From the NCBI GenBank assembly GCA_018304425.1, contig JAGVWE010000002.1:1-64000 (forward strand): a stretch of 64,000 nt of DNA. The letters run 5' to 3'. Both the position numbers and the translations under genes were made by a program. The notes beneath the pieces were generated by a model. It had not been told where the DNA came from and did not search any database. It saw only the letters and a program-made list of their open reading frames with translations. Of the stretch, positions 56,751 through 64,000 are shown piece after piece (positions within the stretch are counted from its first letter, which is position 1; every line of letters starts with the position of its first letter). Source of the stretch: Candidatus Iainarchaeum sp. GTDB lineage: Archaea; Iainarchaeota; Iainarchaeia; Iainarchaeales; UBA10219.

Positions 56751-57590
56751 ATGCGGGGAGCAATCAGCGCAGGCACCCTGGCCCTGGTGTTCCTGCTGGC
56801 GGCAGAGGCTTCCGCGGCCACCATCCACGGCAACGTCTTCGAATGGCATTCCCTGGAACCCCTCAACAACGTGGTCATCGACGTCAACTCCACGCCCCCC
56901 CAACGCGTGGTGTCAAGGGACGGCGCCTACTCCTTTGAGTTGCCGCCGGGAACCTATTCCCTTCGCGCCGAATTCTATGAAAACGGGGAACTCAAGTACG
57001 TCTCGGAAGACCGCCTGCGCATCCAAGGCGAGGGCCGGTTCATCTACGACCTCATCCTGTTGCCGCCCCTGGAAGGCCTGGACGGAACGCTGGACGCAAC
57101 CGAGCTCGAGCCCACCCTGGAAGCCAATGACTTCGCCGCACCCCAGCCGGCCACTACCTGGACGCCCGAAAAATTCAGGGAATTCCTTTTCTGGGCCGTG
57201 CTCGCCATCCTGGTGCTGTCCGCCTTCGTCGAACAAGCCGCGCTCCTCAAGTTCCTGGCCGAAGAAAAAGAGAAATTCTTGCGGTGGCAACGCCAACGCG
57301 CCGAGTTAATCGAACAAGAACACGCTAAACCCGTGGTCTCCCCAGCGGAACGGCAAGCCATTGCCTCCGAGGCTGGCCAGTCACCGGCTTTGGACGCCTA
57401 TGCCCGGGAAGTCCTGGACACCCTCCGAAGGTGCGGCAACCGCTTGACGCAAAAAGAGCTGCGCGACAAACTGCCCAGCGTGAGCGAAGCCAAGATTTCC
57501 CTGATCGTATCGGAACTCGAGTCCATGGGCAGGGTCAAGAAAATCAAGCAAGGCAGGGGCAACATCGTGGTGCTGCGCGAAGGCAACTAG
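56751..57590 (+). CDS. Membrane protein with ectodomain and C-terminal wHTH (COG2512-like)
   Basis: Signal peptide, ATIHG..F, YSFELPPGTY, one TM helix and TQKELR...SEAKISLIVSELE..G.VKKIKQGRGN. Confidence 0.87.
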   Translation: MRGAISAGTLALVFLLAAEASAATIHGNVFEWHSLEPLNNVVIDVNSTPPQRVVSRDGAYSFELPPGTYSLRAEFYENGELKYVSEDRLRIQGEGRFIYDLILLPPLEGLDGTLDATELEPTLEANDFAAPQPATTWTPEKFREFLFWAVLAILVLSAFVEQAALLKFLAEEKEKFLRWQRQRAELIEQEHAKPVVSPAERQAIASEAGQSPALDAYAREVLDTLRRCGNRLTQKELRDKLPSVSEAKISLIVSELESMGRVKKIKQGRGNIVVLREGN

Positions 57591-57895
57591 GCCTTTGGCC
57601 GCCAAAGCTCGGGATCCGAGCGGATGAAATACAGCGTGGCTGCCGCAAACACCAGCACGGCCACGATGCTCAACGTGAACGACGAGAACAGCGGGTCCAA
57701 CAACCCCGGCTTTTCAAGGGATGCCGCGGCCTGGCCTGGTGGCAGTGATTGATTCGCGTCAGCGGGCGGCGAAACCGCGAGCGCATTGGAGTCCACCGCA
57801 ACCGGTGCGGGCACGGCTTCCTCCCCACCCTCCTCCTGCGAGAAAAAACCCGGCAGCCACAAGACAAAAAACACGAGCAACGCCAGCCAACGCAT
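57587..57895 (-). CDS. Small membrane protein
   Basis: N-terminal signal peptide and C-terminal TM helix. Confidence 0.65.
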   Translation of the reverse strand: MRWLALLVFFVLWLPGFFSQEEGGEEAVPAPVAVDSNALAVSPPADANQSLPPGQAAASLEKPGLLDPLFSSFTLSIVAVLVFAAATLYFIRSDPELWRPKA

Positions 57896-57941
57896 GCAAG
57901 GAAATAGGCACAACGGAATTAATAAGGGTTTTCCTGGCCCT

Positions 57942-59147
57942 TCAGAGCAGGTGCCCCATCTTGTCGCGCTTGGTGTTCAGGTAACGCGCGTTGAAGGGGT
58001 TGGGTTCGGCTTTGATGGGCACGCGGTCAACGATGGACAAGCCATAGCCTTCGAGGGCATGCAGTTTCTTGGGGTTGTTGGTCAGCAGGCGGATGGAGGT
58101 CAGGCCCAGCGCGGCCAGGACCTGTGCGCCCAAACCGTATTCCCGCACGTCCATGGCAAAGCCGAGCCTTTCATTGGCTTCCACGGTGTCCAGGCCCTGG
58201 TCCTGCAAGGCATAGGCTTCGAGCTTGTGCAGCAAGCCAATGCCTCTCCCCTCCTGGTGGCGGATGTACAAGAGCACGCCGCTGCCCTCCCGCTCGATGG
58301 CGCGGAGCGCACCGGCCAGTTGGGCGTTGCAGTCACAGCGCCGGCTGTGGAAGATGTCTCCCGTCACGCAGCCGGAGTGCACGCGCACCAGGACGCTGGG
58401 CTTGCCGGAGACCTCGCCCTTGACCAGGGCCAGGTATTCCTCGCCATAGATTTTGTCGCGGAATCCAATGGCCTTGAACTCGCCGAAGTCGGTGGGCAGC
58501 CGCGCCTCCGCCACTTTCTCGATGAGCGTGTCCGCCTTCATGCGGTAACGGATGAGGTCGGCAATGGAGACCAGTTTCAGGCCATGCACCCGGCAGAACT
58601 CCGCGAGGTCTGGGAGGCGCGCCATGCTGCCATCGTCTTTCATGACTTCGCAGATGACCGCGGAAGACGCGAGGCCCGCGAGCCGGCACAAGTCCAGCGA
58701 GGCCTCGGTGTGGCCCGCCCGCCGCAGCACGCCCCCGGGTTTCGCGATGAGGGGAAAGACGTGGCCGGGCTGCCGGAAATCGTTTTTCGTGGACTTGGAG
58801 TCGGCGAGGAGCTTGATGGTCTCACAGCGGTCAAAGGCCGAGATGCCGGTAGTGGTGTGGTGGCGGGCGTCCACGGAAACCGTGAAGGCGGTGCCAAAGG
58901 CGTCCTCCATGTCCGTCATGAGGTTCAAGCCGAGTTCCCTGGCGCGTTCTTCGGCGAGCGGCACGCAGATGAGGCCGCGGCCAAACGAGGCCATGAAGGC
59001 AATGGCTTCGGGCGTGCACTTTTCGGCGGCAATGACCAAGTCCCCCTCGTTCTCCCGTTTTTCGTCGTCCACGAGGACAATCAATTGGCCCTGCTGGAGG
59101 GCTTCCAAGGCCTCCGGGATGGGCGCAAAACCCCTGAAATCAGGCAT
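57942..59147 (-). CDS. ribBA: Bifunctional DHBP synthase / GTP cyclohydrolase II
   Basis: DDEKRENEGD, PGHVFPL, GHTEA, RVHSGC, RCDC, QEGRGIG and LLTNNP. Start ATG 59147. Confidence 0.96.
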   Translation of the reverse strand: MPDFRGFAPIPEALEALQQGQLIVLVDDEKRENEGDLVIAAEKCTPEAIAFMASFGRGLICVPLAEERARELGLNLMTDMEDAFGTAFTVSVDARHHTTTGISAFDRCETIKLLADSKSTKNDFRQPGHVFPLIAKPGGVLRRAGHTEASLDLCRLAGLASSAVICEVMKDDGSMARLPDLAEFCRVHGLKLVSIADLIRYRMKADTLIEKVAEARLPTDFGEFKAIGFRDKIYGEEYLALVKGEVSGKPSVLVRVHSGCVTGDIFHSRRCDCNAQLAGALRAIEREGSGVLLYIRHQEGRGIGLLHKLEAYALQDQGLDTVEANERLGFAMDVREYGLGAQVLAALGLTSIRLLTNNPKKLHALEGYGLSIVDRVPIKAEPNPFNARYLNTKRDKMGHLL

Positions 59148-59204
59148 ACCAAAGGAATAAGCCAGGGGATTACTTAAAAAGGTTATGATTAACGAAAACG
59201 AGTA

Positions 59205-59342
59205 AGGGCTTTTTACAACCATCCCCTGTTGGGGGTGACGTCGTCCTGCGAAGCAGGACAACGAAACCCTGCGAAAACGTCCCGTGCCACGCACGGGACT
59301 GGCTCGGCCTTTCGGCCTCGCTTTGGGTTGGCGAGGGCCGGT
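59205..59342. repeat. Intergenic multi-hairpin element sharing modules with 36932-36954 and 37111-37150
   Basis: 59299-59321 is the exact reverse complement of 36932-36954 (GCGAGGCCGAAAGGCCGAGCCAG). 59270-59309 matches 37111-37150. An extra hairpin GTCCTGC-GAA-GCAGGAC is present. Confidence 0.8.
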
Positions 59343-59373
59343 CTTAAAAGCTTGTCCAGGAATTGTGTAGTTC

Positions 59374-59781
59374 ATGCGTTATCCGGTGTACCCTTTCACG
59401 CGGCCCGAGAGCGTGCCGGCGGACGCGGACAGCATCCACCTGGTGCGGCCCGTGCACCACGCCGTGCTTGCCCGCATCGTGGAAAAAACCGGGTTGAAGG
59501 AAATCTACTTGGCGGAGTCCTGTGCCCGGCGGTTGAGCCGCAAGACGCGCAGGTTCCTGGAGGAACGGGGCGTGCAACTGGTGGCCAAGAAAAAACGCGG
59601 CCGCGTCCTCTCGCTGTCCCTCGAAAAAATCAGGCAAATCATCGGCCTCCACCAGGACGACAAGACCCTCCGCGAAATCCAGGCCCAGACAGGGGTGCCG
59701 AAGAGCACGGTCCACTACCTCATCAAGTACGCGGACCGCAGCAAGATCCGCTTCCAGGGCAAGACCGTGCACCTGGAATAA
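59374..59781 (+). CDS. Hypothetical protein with C-terminal HTH (DUF1699-like)
   Basis: IHLVRP...IYLAES...RGR and a TLREIQAQTGVPKSTVHY HTH. Confidence 0.75.
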   Translation: MRYPVYPFTRPESVPADADSIHLVRPVHHAVLARIVEKTGLKEIYLAESCARRLSRKTRRFLEERGVQLVAKKKRGRVLSLSLEKIRQIIGLHQDDKTLREIQAQTGVPKSTVHYLIKYADRSKIRFQGKTVHLE

Positions 59782-59840
59782 GCCTCGTCGTTCGGAGTGG
59801 CCGACGAGGGGGCGTTAACTTAATTAAGCTGGACAGCGCA

Positions 59841-60056
59841 ATGGTAGTGGCTTCCATGACCTTAATCGGGCATTTGCCGGGGCCCTCAGAGGAACTGAGG
59901 CAGAAACTCATCGAAGAAGAGCTGCGGTTGCGTTCGAAGCAGCCCCAGCACTGGGCGAAAACCAAGTACCGCAAGTACGCGAAGCCCTCGCCCGCCGAAC
60001 TCGAGCGGCTGGAAAAGGCGAGGAAGCGGAAAAAAAAGCGGAAGAAAAAAAAGTAG
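59841..60056 (+). CDS. Small Lys/Arg-rich protein
   Basis: C-terminal part of the 59229 ORF, following TATA-like CTTAATTAA. Ends in a poly-K tail. Confidence 0.55.
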   Translation: MVVASMTLIGHLPGPSEELRQKLIEEELRLRSKQPQHWAKTKYRKYAKPSPAELERLEKARKRKKKRKKKK

Positions 60057-60227
60057 TCACCGGTTCCGGTTGAATGATTCCACGGTTTTCACGCGCCGGG
60101 CGGCAGCCGTCTTCAGGTCGCGTTCCAGGGAGGCCCGCAACGACTTGACTTCGCCGGCAATCTTCCGCGAGGCCCGCTCCAACGAGGCCAGTTCGCGGTC
60201 AACGGTGAGTTGCTTTAGTTGTGCCAT
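60057..60227 (-). CDS. Small coiled-coil protein downstream of minD (absent from the ORF track)
   Basis: Manual translation: MAQLKQLTVDRELASLERASRKIAGEVKSLRASLERDLKTAAARRVKTVESFNRNR*. Confidence 0.55.
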   Translation of the reverse strand: MAQLKQLTVDRELASLERASRKIAGEVKSLRASLERDLKTAAARRVKTVESFNRNR

Positions 60228-60237
60228 CTGGGTGCCC

Positions 60238-61005
60238 TCAATAGTTTTTCAGGAACAGGTTGATTTTGTCGGCCAACGAGAGCCGTTCCACATATTTCTT
60301 GCCCAACAGACGATATGCCAGGCGCTTATAGGCCCGGGCCGCGGGGCTCAGGGGATGGCCGAAAACAACGGGGACGCCTTCCGCGATGCTCGTGGGAACG
60401 GTCGGGTCCTCCGGGATTTTGCCGAGAATCGGCAGGTCGTTGATGGTGGAACTGACTTGCGCGTCCTTCATCTCGGCCTTGAAGTGCCCGGAGCGGTTGA
60501 CGACAATGCCCTTCACGTCCACGCCGAGGTCCCTGGCGATCTGCACCGACTTGGCGGTGTCGGCCACGCTTGGAAGCTCGGGGGTGGTCACGACCACCAT
60601 CATTTCGCCGCCCTTGAAAGTGTTCACGACCTCGTTGCCCAGCCCCGGCGCGCAGTCGAACAGGATGACGTCGAACTTCTTGTTAATCTGCTTCATGACG
60701 TTCCGGTAGGCGTCGGGGTCAAAGCCCTCCAGGGAATCGATGAAGATTCCTGACGGAATGACCTTGAGGCGGTTCGCGTAGAGGAAGACCGCCTGCTCCA
60801 GGGAGGCCTTGCCGCGCACCACGTCGTTCAAGGTCACAGCATCGCTGGGGATGTCCAGGTGGAAGCCCACGTTCGGGGTCGGGATGTCGACGTCCACGAT
60901 GACGACGTCGCGGCCCATCAAGGTGAGCGCCATGCCCAGGTTGATGGTCACGGTCGTCTTGCCCACGCCGCCTTTACCCGAACCGACCAGAATGGAGTTT
61001 GGCAT
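60238..61005 (-). CDS. minD: MinD/ParA family ATPase
   Basis: SGKGGVGKTT, VDVD, DCAPG, TTPELPS and IPEDP. Confidence 0.92.
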   Translation of the reverse strand: MPNSILVGSGKGGVGKTTVTINLGMALTLMGRDVVIVDVDIPTPNVGFHLDIPSDAVTLNDVVRGKASLEQAVFLYANRLKVIPSGIFIDSLEGFDPDAYRNVMKQINKKFDVILFDCAPGLGNEVVNTFKGGEMMVVVTTPELPSVADTAKSVQIARDLGVDVKGIVVNRSGHFKAEMKDAQVSSTINDLPILGKIPEDPTVPTSIAEGVPVVFGHPLSPAARAYKRLAYRLLGKKYVERLSLADKINLFLKNY

Positions 61006-61105
61006 GCATTCGCCTCAAAAACAATCCCATAGTATTCCTTTAAATTAGCTTAAATAAACTATCGCCTGAAGCTCGGCTGCAGCCTTGGACGAGGCCCTGG
61101 AACGG

Positions 61106-62161
61106 CTATGGGTACTCAATTAACTGGCTTCCCAGACCCCTGCTTTTTTCCTTGAAGTAGGCGTGCGTCAACTGGATGCACCGCTCCAAGACCTTCTCGA
61201 TGGTTTTGCCGTCCGGGCTGCCTGCGACCGACAGGTTGCCCGCGACCGACAGGTTGTAGCCGGCTGCCGCGGGGTGGCCGCCGCCATAGCCCCCGAATTC
61301 CTGCGCAATCCCCTTGAAGACGTGCTGGTCCAAGTCAAAGCCGGTTTTCACGACCAAGTGGTTGTTGGCCCTGCCCGACACCATGAGGTGGCCCTTGCTT
61401 TCGCCGCCGGCAAAGGCCACGTCCGCTCCCAGCCGTATCATGGAAGAGGCCGCGCTGGCCTCGAAGGCCCCCACGTCCGTTGAAACCAGGATGCGCTCGT
61501 CTGACTTGTAGATGCGGGCCCTACGCGCGGCCTTGAGCACCGCGATTTTCTCGCTGACGTCCGCCTTGACCTTGAAGAGGGAAACGATTTCTGGCAGGGT
61601 CTTGCCGGACTTTTCGAGGACGCGGGACATGATGGTGAAGGTCTCGGGGCTCGCCACGGTGAAGCCCGCCGAGTCCACGATGATGCCTGCCGCGAGGAGG
61701 ACGGCCACTTCCGCATTCAGGTGCTTGTGTTTCCTGGACAGCAGCCGGTACACGAGCTCGCAGGTGCTCACGCAGGCCGGGTCGATGACGCGGAGGGCCT
61801 TGACCGAAATCCGTTCCCTGCCATCCGAGTGGTGGTCGATGACGAGGATGGGCTTTTTGAAGGCTTTTAAGGCCGGCGCCATCCCGCCCAGCATGTCAAA
61901 GGAATTGAAGTCCACGGCAATGGCGCGGTCGAATTCGTCCAGGTTCTCCGGCGAGAGAATGAATGGGATGCCCAGGTTCCTCGCAAGCGCCTTTGCGGAG
62001 AGGTTGATGTGCTCGGGCACGCCAATGGTCAAATCGGCGTGGAAACGGAAGGCAAAATAGAGCGCGGCCGCCGAGCAAAAAGAGTCGACGTCGGCGCCGG
62101 CATGCGTGAGAAGCAGGACTTTTTTTCCGCCGAGCGTGGAAAGGAACGCGGATGGATTCAA
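61106..62161 (-). CDS. DHH family phosphoesterase
   Basis: HAGADVD, VD, IDHH and GGGHPAAAG. Confidence 0.93.
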   Translation of the reverse strand: MNPSAFLSTLGGKKVLLLTHAGADVDSFCSAAALYFAFRFHADLTIGVPEHINLSAKALARNLGIPFILSPENLDEFDRAIAVDFNSFDMLGGMAPALKAFKKPILVIDHHSDGRERISVKALRVIDPACVSTCELVYRLLSRKHKHLNAEVAVLLAAGIIVDSAGFTVASPETFTIMSRVLEKSGKTLPEIVSLFKVKADVSEKIAVLKAARRARIYKSDERILVSTDVGAFEASAASSMIRLGADVAFAGGESKGHLMVSGRANNHLVVKTGFDLDQHVFKGIAQEFGGYGGGHPAAAGYNLSVAGNLSVAGSPDGKTIEKVLERCIQLTHAYFKEKSRGLGSQLIEYP

Positions 62162-62536
62162 TTACATCCCTTCCGCTTTTTTCTCCCTGCCTGTCTCGCC
62201 GGCACCCGTTGCACCCGATCTCTCGATGAGCGACTTGAGTTTGGTCAGCTTGTCAACCAAAGCCGCTTCCTGTTTCTGCAGGGACTTCACGCGGACCTCG
62301 GCGGACTCCTTTTGTTCCCCGATTTCCTTCTCGACTTTCTTGGCGTCGGAGAGGATGAGGATGTTGCCCACTGCCTTGTAGACCTTTTTTTCCTTCGAGT
62401 TCTTCAACTCGCTGAGCGCCGCGTTCAAGGCGTTCGCCTGCAACTGCAGCTGCTGTTTCTGGTTGGTAATGCCCATGAGCTGGGCCCGGTTCCGCTCGAA
62501 CTCGGTCACGTTCTGCTGGATGTTCTGTTCAGCCAT
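62162..62536 (-). CDS. pfdB: Prefoldin beta subunit
   Basis: ALSEL...KVYKAVGNILI flanked by coiled coils, in superoperon position. Confidence 0.92.
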   Translation of the reverse strand: MAEQNIQQNVTEFERNRAQLMGITNQKQQLQLQANALNAALSELKNSKEKKVYKAVGNILILSDAKKVEKEIGEQKESAEVRVKSLQKQEAALVDKLTKLKSLIERSGATGAGETGREKKAEGM

Positions 62537-62792
62537 CGAAATTTCCTCCTTGCAATGCAATCCTCGAAACCAATTCAATGGATTTAAGGTAAGAGTTGGC
62601 GGACGCCTTTAAAGCCGTCGCATCCCCTGCTGTAACTCTCAATGACAGAATGTTCTTATTAACCTTAACGTCCGTCCGCGACCGCTTCTCATGGCTTGCC
62701 CCAATCTCTGGTTTCAAGGCCTTAAAAGCCGTTTCCGCGAGTTCCCGAGAAGGGAACTCTAAGGCCAGTTCAAGCCGGAATTCATCCTTCAA
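62529..62792 (-). CDS. pcc1: KEOPS complex subunit Pcc1
   Basis: LEFPSRELAETAFKALKPE...LRVTAGDATALKASANSYLK, with conserved synteny. TTG start is inferred. Confidence 0.88.
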   Translation of the reverse strand: MKDEFRLELALEFPSRELAETAFKALKPEIGASHEKRSRTDVKVNKNILSLRVTAGDATALKASANSYLKSIELVSRIALQGGNFDG

Positions 62793-63264
62793 ACGAGACA
62801 CGCTCCACGCAAAACGAGGGCCCCAGTTCGGCTTCGCCCCTCCGAAACGAGACCGTCTTCCCCTTTTCCGTCCAAGCGAATTCGGCCTCGCTGCAAACGA
62901 GTTCAGGGTCAAGCAGCCGGCCAAGCAGGTCAGCGGCCTTCTTCCCGCGCACGTCCATGCTCACTTCCCCGACCACGAGCTTCTTCCACGACGCCTCCTT
63001 CACCACCGAGACCTCGGCTGAAAACGACTCCAGCCAGCCGCCCTCGGAGACCGCGATGCCGCGCCACTCGAACCGGTTTCCCTCCAGCGGCGAAACGATG
63101 ACTAGGACTTCAAGCCCCTGGTACCGCGCAAAGGAAACCAGCCAGTCAACGGATTTCCCCGCCCGCGACACAAAGAGCGAGCCGGGGAAAACGGCGGCAA
63201 GGGCTTTTGCCAGCCGCCTTGCCTTCCCCGAAGACTGCTTCGAACAGGAAAACAAGGCAGGCAT
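62782..63264 (-). CDS. Brix/Imp4-domain ribosome biogenesis protein
   Basis: SKQSSGKARRLAKAL, SRAGKSV and GPSF. Lies between rpoP and pcc1. Confidence 0.78.
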   Translation of the reverse strand: MPALFSCSKQSSGKARRLAKALAAVFPGSLFVSRAGKSVDWLVSFARYQGLEVLVIVSPLEGNRFEWRGIAVSEGGWLESFSAEVSVVKEASWKKLVVGEVSMDVRGKKAADLLGRLLDPELVCSEAEFAWTEKGKTVSFRRGEAELGPSFCVERVSFEG

Positions 63265-63280
63265 GCTCGCGCTCCCCACG

Positions 63281-63412
63281 CTACCTCGCCTTGACTTCCT
63301 TGGTTAACGGGTCGCGCACCCTGAACAAGACCTTGTGGGCGCAGACCGGGCACCGGATGACTCCCTTGGGGAGCTCCGGAAACGTTTCCCCGCATTTGCC
63401 GCATTTGTACAT
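63281..63412 (-). CDS. rpoP: RNA polymerase subunit P (Rpo12), absent from the ORF track
   Basis: Manual translation: MYKCGKCGETFPELPKGVIRCPVCAHKVLFRVRDPLTKEVKAR*. Confidence 0.93.
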   Translation of the reverse strand: MYKCGKCGETFPELPKGVIRCPVCAHKVLFRVRDPLTKEVKAR

Positions 63413-63429
63413 GTTTTCAACCTCGCTGT

Positions 63430-63936
63430 TCACTTGCCTTCAGGCGCCTCGGCCCCTTCGGGTGCCTCGGCTTTGTCCCCGGCCTGGGCTTCGGCCTGGG
63501 TCTCGGCTTCTGCCCCGGCCTTCTTCTTCCGGGCTCGCTTGGGTTTCGCGGGCGCGGCTGCCTCGGCGGCCTTGCCGGTTTCCTTTTCCTGTTCGAGTTC
63601 TTCCAGGATTTCCCGGGCCATACCCGTTCCCTTGGTCTCCTCGGTGGCTGCCGTCAGCGCGGAAACCATGGGCATGAAGCTCTTCTGGGAAACCATCTTG
63701 CGGATGATTTTTCCCGCCTGGGTCTCCGGAAGGTAGGTGCCGCCCGAAAACTTCAACTCGCATTTCCTGCAAAAAAAGATGCCCCGCTGCAGGCGCTTGA
63801 CCTTGGCATACCCGCAGTTCGGGCAGGCGTGCTTCTTTTTCTGCTCGGCTTCCACTTTCAGCAACCGCTTCCGGATGCCTATCCCGTACCTTGCACCGTA
63901 CCGGCCGGCACTCAAAACCTTCTGCGTCGAACCCAT
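63430..63936 (-). CDS. rpl37ae: 50S ribosomal protein L37Ae (eL43) with a long C-terminal extension
   Basis: AGRYGARYG..IRK, CPNC, GIFFCRKC and FSGGTY, followed by an A/E/K-rich tail. Confidence 0.95.
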   Translation of the reverse strand: MGSTQKVLSAGRYGARYGIGIRKRLLKVEAEQKKKHACPNCGYAKVKRLQRGIFFCRKCELKFSGGTYLPETQAGKIIRKMVSQKSFMPMVSALTAATEETKGTGMAREILEELEQEKETGKAAEAAAPAKPKRARKKKAGAEAETQAEAQAGDKAEAPEGAEAPEGK

Positions 63937-63946
63937 GCATTCTCAC

Positions 63947-64000
63947 CTATTCACAGTACTGCTTCCGCAACTCCTTGCCCTTCTTGAAGGCAAGCGCCAC
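63947..64000 (-). CDS. 3' end of the upstream gene, probably exosome subunit Rrp42 (partial)
   Basis: ...VALAFKKGKELRKQYCE*. Identity inferred from exosome superoperon order. Confidence 0.55.
   Translation of the reverse strand: MALAFKKGKELRKQYCE

Noticed and set aside
59150-59345. FMN riboswitch upstream of ribBA
   Set aside because: The FMN aptamer consensus (AGGGCGGGGUG.AA.UCCC.ACCGG) is absent. The hairpins instead match the dispersed repeat near tRNA-Arg.
61222-61257. Short duplication GCGACCGACAGGTTG in the DHH gene
   Set aside because: An in-frame 18-bp duplication (NLSVAG twice) in a loop, with no evident significance.

Overview
This is GC-rich archaeal chromosomal DNA. Marker genes include Nop5, fibrillarin, NMD3, a beta-CASP RNase and the exosome-superoperon tail (rpl37ae, rpoP, Brix, pcc1, pfdB). 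A DPANN lineage such as Diapherotrites/Iainarchaeota is plausible but only inferred. From left to right the window holds: (1) a tnpA-only IS200/IS605 element (1-620) inserted into a tyrosine integrase beside tRNA-Thr(CGT); (2) GlyRS and an argG-H-F-J-D-C-B operon with a divergent ACT-domain protein; (3) an ~18 kb accessory island (12.6-30.7 kb) with no integrase, packed with toxin-antitoxin and defence modules (2x VapBC, GNAT, PemK/MazF, Fic, 2x AbiE-like, type IIG R-M, orphan MTase, SIR2-like + DUF262, MazG-like, Panacea-like); (4) housekeeping and CoA genes, tRNA-Arg(CCT), and a ~7.8 kb surface-protein gene broken twice inside Cys-rich repeats; (5) a bacterial-type folE-P-B-K operon, ribBA, MinD and the superoperon tail. 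The most unusual signals are a six-copy degenerate ~115-bp repeat and a four-copy TATA+palindrome motif that punctuate the island like cassette junctions, a coupled SIR2-like/DUF262 gene pair, a 165-bp insertion carrying a fully synonymously recoded gene start, and several unannotated structured intergenic elements. All family calls come from visual motif recognition; no database searches were run.
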